A stretch of DNA of 64,000 nucleotides, from contig JALMLS010000631.1 of assembly GCA_038496445.1 (NCBI GenBank), positions 1 to 64,000 of the forward strand, read 5' to 3'. The notes below the pieces were generated by a model. It saw only the letters and a program-made list of their open reading frames with translations, was not told the DNA's origin and ran no database searches. Of the stretch, positions 54,448-64,000 are shown piece after piece. Positions within the stretch are counted from its first letter, which is position 1, and the number at the start of each line of letters is the position of its first letter. The translations under genes were made by a program, and so were the position numbers. The DNA is from Trichosphaerium sp. ATCC 40318. Lineage: Eukaryota; Protista; Tubulinea.

Positions 54448-56167
54448 TCAAACATGTTCATTTTCTTTTTTCTTTCCGGCTACATCGTCTTCGTTATTTA
54501 TTTCGTAGTCCTCGTCATCGTCGTCATCCTCTTCTTCGTCTTCTTTCTTTTTCTTCTCGTCCTCTGTCTGTTGAAACCATAGAAAGTCTTCTTTATAACC
54601 GTTTGTTTCGCAATCTTTTCCACATGTGTAAATGGCTAGAGTGCCCCAGTTCAATGGATCTGTCATACTCTCTACTTTAAGGTGATATAGCAACTGTGGC
54701 AGTACCTTTATTTTTGGTAAGTAATTTTAAACAAAGCGCATGGGACCAAGAAAGAAGTAGTGCTTACTTGAAATTCGAAAATGCGTTCAGCTCCACATTT
54801 ACATTTTGGAATATCTGTCTTTGTTGGTATACCCTTACTTGCTATCCATAGCGGTTTAGCTACATCTCTTTCATAGTATCTAAAGGTGTTCATATTAGCT
54901 TTTAGCTTTGTTGTTTGTCAAAATAACAAACCTTAACACTTGACTTGGTTCTCGTCTGACACGTGTACTAAAGGTTGAAAAATTTTTATCTACGTCTGTT
55001 TGCTGTTCTTCTAGTTCTTTAAAATCTGACATTGATAACTTAATACCTGAATTAGTTTTAGAGGTGTAATCTACGAGTTGCAATAAAGTACTGTTTTTTT
55101 TACACTCACCATTTTTGTTTGTTTTTAACATTTTTTGTATAGCTTCTTCATCTAATTTACCACCTTTAAATAGCTTATCTGCTCTTGGTACTGGTTCGCT
55201 CTCAGATACGAGTTCCATTTCATTAAAAACTTGAGGTGATTTTACACGTGCAGCTGCCTTAGAAGCGTCTTCGAATTGCTAGATACTAAATTAAACGAGT
55301 TTGTTTTTTTCTTCAAAATACCCTCCATGTGACACTTCCGCCCTCAGCGAGTTTCTTTAGTATTGTGCACTCTAAGTTTTTATTAGAGTTTATTAAAATT
55401 GTTTTGCTTACCTCGTTCATGGCCTAAGCGCCAATCTGCAAGTTGATGTTGTTTTGAACAGTAATGCCTTTAACACAAAGCTGTCAATATAAAAACATCG
55501 GTTTCGAAAACATGTCAAATGTGATTGTAACGTACTTTAAACCACATGTGCCACACCGCTTTGTTGCTTTTACACCACAATAATTACAAATGTTTGCTAA
55601 GCGTCAGATCTTAAGATAAATAGAGATGACAGACGTGCAACGTACAGCGTTTAGATAACATTTCAGGAGTCAGTGATTCTTCTTCATCATCTGACAGGCA
55701 ATCTTCTTCATAGTATGGATTGCTCAAAGGTATTTTACACCGTAAAACTTTGAAACTACGCATAAAATAAGTTGGAGAAGGTTGGGATGCATGATTGCAC
55801 CTTTTTTGAGGTTCTTTACTGCATGAACCACGTTTACAACAAAATACGAACACTGTACGGTGCGTGTCATCATCTAGTGGTGCATAGTACTAATGGTTGA
55901 TTTAGTTTAAAAATGTTACAGAAAATGTTTACCTGTAGCATGAACGACATTTGATTGCCGCAAACGCCACATTTTATAGTTTCTGGAACGTTCTCGGGAT
56001 CTAGCCATGTCTAAAGTGCGTATTACAAAAAAGCGAGAAATGAGTTAGGAATGTACTGGATGGCCACCTATTTTACATGGATAAAACCTCCCTTGCCTGA
56101 GAGTGTGTAATTTCTCTTCAATGCTTTGAGCAAACCCTAACGTAATTCCATACTCGTATGCAGCCAT
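54448..56167 (-). CDS. PDCD2: PDCD2/Tsr4-family protein (MYND finger + PDCD2_C)
   Basis: KIGGHP.WL, CGVCGNQMSFMLQ, YAPL, YCSKQHQLADWRLGH, EPSQVLRY, IPKCKCGAERIFEFQ and LNWGTLAIYTC. Confidence 0.88.
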
Positions 56168-56243
56168 AATTATTCCCTAGTACGTTTCTACTTGCGTAAG
56201 ATAGCAAATTAATGCGTCTGCGGTCTTTATTTTTCCAAACACA

Positions 56244-57612
56244 ATGGCAGACGAAAAGAAAAGAAGCACAGCCAAGTTACGAATTCGCCCAGCGTATGGC
56301 GGTATCGACAGTCGTCAACCAATTGATAACGACGGTAATGATTGGGAGTCAGAATGCCCATTGTTGCGTACAACACTCCCAGAAGCAGACGACTTTCTAG
56401 ACAATAGCGAGCTCGCAGCGCTACAAGACTTACTTGAAGAGGTAAACCATTGATAAAGGTTATTAATACTCACTAATACAGGGTGGAACACCTGAAGAAC
56501 GCGTAGAAGACCTAAAAGCAGCGGGTAATGAGCTATTCAAAGGGAAATTGTACAGGTACGCTGGCGAAAAGATTAAGAACCTAGCTCACATATGACTAGA
56601 GAGGCAAGAGAAAAATATAAAGAAGCAACAGAAATTGGTGAATTTCACTGGGTGGAACAAAAAACGCTTTCAATCCTCAAGAGTAACGAAGCAGTATCAG
56701 AGCTCAATTTGGGTACTATCTACACCCAAAAAACGCGAATGTCACAGTGTGTTTATAGGCAATTACGGTAGAACGATCACAGCTTGCGACAGAGCTCTGC
56801 GGTGGGACCCTACAAACGTCAAAGCGTACTACAGAGCTGCTCGGGCATCTAACACTCTAGTAAAGCATGACAAAGCGCTTGCATACGCTACAAAAGGTCT
56901 AGAAGTATCCGAAACAGTGTAATTTTTTTCAGATTTTTTGTTTTAACTGAATGCATCCAAACTTTTGTCCTTGACTTCTATTTTGATTGACAGTACAAGC
57001 AAGCTACTCCTAAAAACACAAAAAGAAGCTCAAGATGGTATAGAAGAACAAAAACGTAGAGCAATAGCAGAAAAGAAGCAAAAAGCAATTATTACACAAA
57101 AAAAGAATGTACTTCGCAATGCTTTGACTAAGCGTGGTGTTGTACTCGGTGACTACTTTTTTCCTTCTCGACAAAAGCAATACCTATCTGATAGCTCTCG
57201 TATAAGATATGAGTCCGCTACAGATAAGTTTTACTGGCCTGTATTGTTCCTATACGAAGAACACAGCCAATCCGATATTGTAAAAGATTTCGATGAAGAT
57301 GACACTTTTGAAGTCCATTTGAGACGTATGTTTCCTCCTGGTGAGTACTTACCTTGGGATACTGATAGAAAGTATACTGTTGATAATATGAACATTTATT
57401 TTATCGCAAATGCAGTAGAGGCTTTGGATAAGAGTAAGCGTACAGATAAGAAAAAAAGAAAAATCAAAGTCAAGAGAACAACAACTTTAAAGACTGTTCT
57501 TACACATCCGGAGACAGTAGTACCTGGCTTTCCAATTTTCTATATTTGTATTGCTGGATCAACCTTCCACAAAGAATTTTTACAAAGACCAGTAGAATCT
57601 TTGTACCAATGA
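56244..57612 (+). CDS. TTC4: TTC4/Cns1-like TPR Hsp70/90 co-chaperone
   Basis: CPLLRTTLP..LAALQ, KAAGNELFK, GNYGR..ALRWDPTNVKAYYRAARA and WPVLFLYEEHSQSDIVKDFDE. Confidence 0.88.
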
Positions 57613-57879
57613 TTAAATATAAATATAAAATTCAATCAAAATTGGAGCACGTGTTTTTGGTTTCTGCAGGATGACTCACGATACTGGTTTTTGATACTTT
57701 TTGTTTTTACTTTTGACATTAGTTTTAAACAAGGGATAGATAGTGTTGAGAAAGGTGGAGGGAGTTTCAAAGGTTTTTTTTTATCACTTGCCTCACATTG
57801 ACATATTTAATTCTTGTTTTTTACATAATTTTTTAGAATTACGTTTGATTGCAACACAAAATTACATTACCTACTAACT

Positions 57880-59059
57880 TAAAATTTGATTGTTGAATTT
57901 TTGTTCACTTGCATTGACGCTCTATAAGAGTAGCTTGTATTTAATAGTTGACTTCAATGAGGGCTCGACGGTTTGCAAACCAAGGCACATTAACCTTATA
58001 TTTAGCCTACATGTGGTTAATTACTTATGTTTCCAAGTATCTGAACTAACCTTGTACAGTTGTACAGGATCATACGATGTGATGCCATTTTCATTGAATT
58101 GTCTTCCATCCTTTTATTCAGGTAAGGATGAGTTTAAGAATGACATTGTGACATACCGCGGGTGTAAAGTTGCGAACAATTGTTGGTCTTAATAAAAACC
58201 CTCGCAACGGAAGAACTCTGTTGCTTCGCAAGTAATTGTGAATTGAAAAACCTATATTCAATATCTTCATCGTCACTTCTCTAACAGTTTCTAAAGTCTC
58301 AGTCGCTATCTATAAACATGTTTTTAGTAAACCGATAGCCTAGCAACTTTTCTTACTTCAGACACGTACCTCTTGTACTAAACCACCCCAAGGCTCGCCA
58401 TTTTGTCGACTGATTTTAAACCATCTCACTCGTCTAAAGGGAATCAAAGCAGAACTCTTAGTATCTGAAACAGCAAGAAAATAATCTAGATATTGCTTTG
58501 ATTCTGTACCAATAAAGTCAGACTCTTTTGCAAACTGAACTCCACTAATCAATCTACCAACAATGTACTCTTTCTGTTTTACATCTTGCACAATGACAGC
58601 GTCTCCTATTCTCATCTTGAAGAACAAGGCACTAGTTTCGTTTGTTACCAACAATAACAATGCATTGTACAATTTCTCACTTTGCAGTAACATGATAGAA
58701 ACGGTTTTCATTTGGCATCAGTTCAAGAATCATTTTAACTCTTGTGTTATCAGGAGCCATCCTTGCATATGATTAAGGGCTAGTATGAAGTACAATAAAG
58801 AACGAACGCGAGCCTGTCCATGATTTCAATAATGTCTAAGGACTCGGGGTCGTAGAGAAGGCGATATGAAACTACGTAAGAGTGAGTCTTGTACAAGTTG
58901 TATAAAAGCGAACTCAAGTTGTTGTGCTTATTGTCAGAGTTATACGATTGGTTCTTACCCTTTTGTTTTAAATGCTTCATAAGCTTCTCGTGTAGACAGT
59001 GGTGAAGGAAAAACTTTCCATAGCGGTGGCGCTGCTTGTTGTGGTATTCTTTGTCTCAT
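57880..59059 (-). pseudogene. Paralog A of the PUA/EVE-like domain gene pair; apparent +1 frameshift in exon 2
   Basis: PPLWKVFPSP..YEAFKTKG and FFKMRIGDAVIV..GRL..PFRRVRW match paralog B with the same intron positions. One extra base at ~58855 relative to B. The 3' end is approximate. Confidence 0.55.
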
Positions 59060-59329
59060 AATATTTAAGCCTCTTCGCTATAGGTTTAGCTACCCTGCAC
59101 GCTACTACAATATGAAATGATTTCTGGGTGTTTTACCTGTCGTTGACTTGATACGATAGAAAACTCCCACTATTGATTGTGCGAAGTAGTTAGGCTCACT
59201 TTACATTCCAGTCACAACTTTTGTTACCGTACGTTTTGCGTAACCACGTGATATAATATGTTATTGTGGTTCTGGTTTGGATTTGTTAAACCTTTGTGTT
59301 TTATTTAAATGAGCAATAGTTTTCTGTTC

Positions 59330-61146
59330 TCATTTTTTTACATGATTGCTCATGGTCATACTTTGCTTGTATAGATTATCAAGGTTCTCCTTTTCTTGTT
59401 TAATCAGTTGCCTCAGTCTCTGTATCTTTAAAATACTTGCACGTTTTTTATCTTCAATTGCTTTCTCATCTTGAGCTTTACCACGTGATCGAAAGAGTTT
59501 TTCTAAAGTTGTTACACGAATCAAAAAGAATAGTGTTTAAAACCTTTTTTTATAGGGCGTATATCATCTGGTATGACAGATTGTGATGCCATCTCACGTT
59601 GTTTAGGCGATATAAGACTAATATCTGAAGATTGGTAGTAACCAGATGTGCCGTTATACTCTTCACTATCGTCTTCTCCTGTCAAGTCAATCTCAATTTC
59701 TGCATATCACAAAAAGTGTGAGTTGATAACTAAAGATTGGAATGTATTACCATCATCTGTATCTTTGCTCTGATACTTGGCTGTCTTAGCGTGTGGATCT
59801 ACTTTGAACTTCCTTTCTTTTTTAATGAAAGGTGTTTGTGTTGCTTCGTCTGAATTGGTACTAGGAGGTCGGTTTGGAGTGTCTATTTTTGTGGCATCAG
59901 CAAGAAATGATTTTGAAACAATTGTCCCCTCACCGTTGTCAATGTTAAGTGGATTATTTTGTTGTATGTTTCGACGATTGGCAAACCAAGGCACATTTAT
60001 TCCCTTTCTATACTACGCTGGTTAAATGGTGTCATAAAGCAAAGATAGGCCTAATTATGGGTGCTGATTACCTTGTACATCTGTGCAAGATTATACGTTG
60101 TAATGCCATTCTCACTGAAATCTCTTCCATCCTTTTTATGAGGAGTAAGGATTTAAAGATAGTATTTGACCATACCTCAAGAGTAAAGTTGCGTACTATT
60201 GACGGATTTAATATGAACCGCCTGTATGTTTTCTTATTTGCCAAGTAATTGTGGAGTGCAGGTCCCCTATTAAACATTCTTCTCTCCACACTATCAACTG
60301 TGTCTTGAGTCTCAATTGCTATCTAAAATTCACTTAAAACTACTCAATGTCTATTCATCCTGTACCGCTTCAAATAACCCACCCCAAGGATTACCATTTA
60401 GGGCATTGCCTTTGGATATTTTAAACCATTTTACTCGTCTGAAAGGAAGCATTTCATATCCACAAATCTCGGTATCTGAAACAGTAAGAAAATAGTCATC
60501 GAGATTATTTTGATTTTGTACCAATAAAGTCAGACTCTTTTGCATACTCAACCCCACCAGTCACTCTACCAACCATATATTCCTTGTCTTTTCGATTTTG
60601 TATGATAATAGCATCTCCAAGTTTAATCCTGAAGAACAAAGCGCTAAGTATTTTGTTAACCCCTTGTCATGAACAACAATAAATACCCACAAAAAAAAAA
60701 CAAAAAAAAGAGACATTATTAACTCACTTCATAGCTGTGTAGTAGTTACGATTTTCACCTGGTGCTAGTCTAGTCATCATTCCGACTCTTTTACCGTCCT
60801 CGACTGACCTTAATTCATGGTTATTAAAGATCCTGTGTGGTTAAAAGAACGAACACAAGTTTGTCCATAATTTCTATAATGCCAAGTGTTTCTTCACCCC
60901 AAAAAGGTGCCATGAAACTAAATACACCATGTTAGCTCAAGAATACGTAGTGTGAACAGAATTAATCTACTTAATGTACCCCTTGGTTTTAAAAGCTTCG
61001 TATACTTCTCGTACCGCATGTGGCGGCGGAAAGACTTTCCACAGCGGCGGGTTTGTCTCTTTTTTCTTTCTTTTAGCCCTTTTTGTACTCTTGGCACATG
61101 GTGCTAGACGTTTTCGCTTTCTGCTCTCGATTATATCTAAGTCCAT
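59330..61146 (-). CDS. Paralog B: putative nuclear protein with PUA/EVE-like domain and C-terminal coiled coil
   Basis: NLS-like RKRKR..KRAKRKK; PPLWKVFPPP..YEAFKTKG|FMAPFW; FFRIKLGDAIII..EYMVGRVTGGVEY..PFRRVKW. Confidence 0.7.
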
Positions 61147-61332
61147 GACGTATAGGTGTCACTACGCCAAATATGCCAAATACGTCTGCTTGTTAACGTG
61201 TACAGAACTCGAAGGCTGAAAAGATAAAGGGGTGACTTAAGGACAGGCAAACAAGGCAGAAAAAAGTGGAACTACAGCGTCTCCTTTTTCCTACTTTTAT
61301 GTTTTTGTACTGCTACCTCAATGAGCGGGTTT

Positions 61333-62323
61333 CACCCTTTTGATTTTCTGTTTAGGAGAAGATATAAAGGTTGGACCCTCCAGGTTCCACTGCACGTGGC
61401 TACTCGTTACTTTTTTTGCAATTGTCTATGTCTAATTTATTCATGGTTCTCACAAGTACACACCTTGCCATGTTTAGCGAGGGTGGCAACTTTACAACGA
61501 AGTTCAATTAGTTCTTCTTGCAGTGTTTCAACCTGTTCTCGCAAACGTCTGTTTTCAGCCATAGCATCACTTGAGCAATTCTCACATGAAAGAGTGGTCA
61601 ACGAGCTATAGCAATTCCTTGTGTACTTACAATACGCTCTATGACATTCTGAACAAAATGAAAAATCGTCTTCTATAACAGTAGTAAAACCACATACCGT
61701 ACAAGTAACTGGCGGAGCACCTAAACAATAAACAGTAAATAAATGTTAAAACGACAGCCTAGAGCATACAAAGGTTACATTGTTCGGAGTAGCAATTTAT
61801 ATCCACGAAATCCTTGTCATTCTGATAGCATTTAAGGCAAACCATACCCTTGCAACATACAGGCATTCTTCTCACGTTGCTGTTTACTGTAAAATCATCT
61901 ATCTCAAAAATCTTGGAGCAAGAACAACAAAACCTCGAGTGATAATTAACGAATGACGCCTTGTTGTACTTCTAAGTACTACGCACGTGTAAATATAAAC
62001 ACATCTCCACAATGGATAGTGCAAGCTGTAGTCAATCATCTCTCTGCTATTTGTTAAGCATTTCCACAGATGTTGTATTGGTTGTAGTTCCTTCTTCCAG
62101 TACGTGTCGCTCTTGCAAAGCCTGTTGAAAGCTGTACTTACAAGCCACACACCTTGTACAAGGCTGGTTACATCGAGTTGCTCTGAAATTGCTTCCCATA
62201 TCTCAATTGGTAGTTCTGGTTGTTTTAATGTCCTAGTGTGAAGCCTAAACGCACGTGTTAGCAACACTTCCGAGAATAGCCACACCGCTTTGTTGTAGAA
62301 GCGCTCTTGAATTCATCTGACAT
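61333..62323 (-). CDS. F-box protein (multi-exon; 3' end approximate)
   Basis: ELPIEIWEAISEQLDVTSLVQGVWLVSTAFNRLCKSDTYWK is an F-box motif. Confidence 0.7.
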
Positions 62324-62471
62324 GACTACTGGTTAAAGTACAGTGGTTATAGCTTACTTTTTAATAAGGATAGGACTTGTAAGCCGGATTAAGTTAGTAC
62401 TTCATTGAAAGCATTGTTTTTTCTCCAGAGTGCCGCACGTAGATCAACTGGGTCAAATCGTATTTGTATGA

Positions 62472-63840
62472 ATGAAGCAACGTAGGCAGAAGCTACAGGA
62501 TGCTCAAAGAGACTTCAATTCACTTCATGTTTGTGTAGACACTCTACAGTGTGCCATTCAAGGTAATTACGCGTAGGGAATCTATCTGAACCATCTAGGC
62601 TGCGTTCCTTGTTGCTATAAAATTTTGGTTTACGCTAAAGAGCCATACGCTCGTAATCAGCGACCCGAGAGCTGTGCTCGTATAAAGAAGCAGAAATTAC
62701 CAATTAATTCGCACAGAAGTACAAGTAGCCAAAAAACTACTATAACCGCATCGAAACAACGAATTGGGTTGTATTCAAACGGCCAGAGAATTTTGACAGT
62801 TGGTGATGGAGATTTGTCGTTTAGTGCGTCTATTTCAACAATAAACTCAACACCAGGCCAACCAACAATGATAGCATCGTCATATCAAAGCAAGGCAGAG
62901 GTACACGCACATTTTACATAATTCCTTCTGACACTTTGCAACAGGTAACTGCAACATTTAAAACAGGTGCTAATAACATCAAAATATTAAATGACAATAA
63001 CGTCCCAACATTTTTTAACTTGGATGCCACTGGTACGCAACAATCTCATTTGTACACAATTTAATTTAAGTGTGATTTCTCAACGTTATTACTAGTATTG
63101 GATAAAATAGAAGTTCTAAAGGGAAAGAAGTTTGATCGTATTTTATGGAATTTTCCTTGTATAGAGTCTAAGACAAAAGCTGATGGACAGAATGAAGATA
63201 TGGAAGCTAATAAGTCACTACTGCGTAGTTTTTTTATAACAGCACAAACTATTTTAGCAAAAGATGGTATGTATGAGACTTCTAATTCTTTCTAAAATCA
63301 CGTGGATTAAATTCTTTTTTTTTCGACTTTTAGGAGAAATACACATCAGTCATAAAACAAAACCACCATACTGTCACTGGGATATCACAGCGTTAGCTCG
63401 TGATTCAAATCTTAAGTGCTTGGGAAGGATTGTTTTTGATAGGTCGCTCTATAGAGGTACGGAAGATAGTTGTTTGTGGCAGACTGAGATTAATAAAAAA
63501 TAGGGTACCAAAATAGAAGAACAAACTTGGCTAGAAAGTTTCCATTGTGGGACGCTGAAACATTTGTTTTTAAACCATTGTCTAAAGAAACTACACTCAG
63601 TAATACTTTTACACAAGATTTTATAGTATCTCTGAGTAAAGACGTTCAAAAATGTGTAGCTGGTATGTAGTAGATATAAACTCTAGAGATTTTACTTATC
63701 TGGCTTGTAGATGTACTGATTCAAATCAAGAACAAGAAATTCGATGCAACAGCGTCTATAGCTAAATACAATAATATATCAAAGCGAAAACGGTATGCTT
63801 TAGAAGACAATATTTTTGCCGTTGGCAAATGTTTTGATTA
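62472..63840 (+). CDS. DUF2431/Bmt5-like 25S rRNA (uridine-N3)-methyltransferase domain protein
   Basis: ILTVGDGDLSFS, LDAT, FDRILWNFP, LLRSFF and GEIHISHKTKPPYCHWDI. Start codon uncertain. Confidence 0.8.
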
Positions 63841-64000
63841 ACATCCTTGTGTTAACCCTTTGAAATAGTACTGATCATGATGGCAAGCCACAAGCGAAAC
63901 GGTTTAAGAAAAAAACGTGATCCAGTGCACGTGGGAGTACAGAGATAATAGAATACGTGTTTCTGGCTGCGACTTAGAAGTGTATAATAAAGAATAGTCT

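Noticed and set aside
53814-56167. PDCD2-Yvh1 zinc-domain fusion gene
   Set aside because: PDCD2 has a stop at 54448 followed by AATAAA. The available donor and acceptor do not join the two frames.

Overview
AT-rich, gene-dense, intron-rich eukaryotic DNA in the standard code, probably from an amoebozoan-like protist (inferred from a ROCO kinase, a CudA-like factor, a PBX-type TALE homeobox and a GH9 cellulase). Most introns are about 40-70 bp. Bases 1-7285 are the 3' part of a non-LTR retrotransposon (APE C-terminus, RT, RNase H, CCHC finger, (TAA)n tail). Its ORF is split by three ~1 kb non-autonomous TIR elements with CAGG...CCTG ends, dense subterminal repeats and 2-bp TSDs (AA, TA, TT). 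Removing each element plus one TSD restores a ~1,290-codon frame with a single TGA, and that TGA lies in what looks like a 48-nt intron. The three inserts belong to two families with different repeat arms, yet all carry the same hidden cassette: an intron, a gapless 100-nt conserved core and a poly(A) signal. This is the most unusual feature of the window. Bases 7345-63840 hold about 22 spliced host genes and two further inverted-repeat elements. Notable host genes include a tandem pair resembling the PUA/EVE-like reader domain of bacterial modification-dependent restriction proteins, a RING protein beginning with a histone-H3-like MARTKQT tail, a ~10 kb 3xWW-ankyrin-LRR-Roc-COR-kinase-WD40 gene and a zinc-ligand-less M14 carboxypeptidase. 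All exon boundaries were read by eye, and family calls rest on remembered motifs, not database searches.
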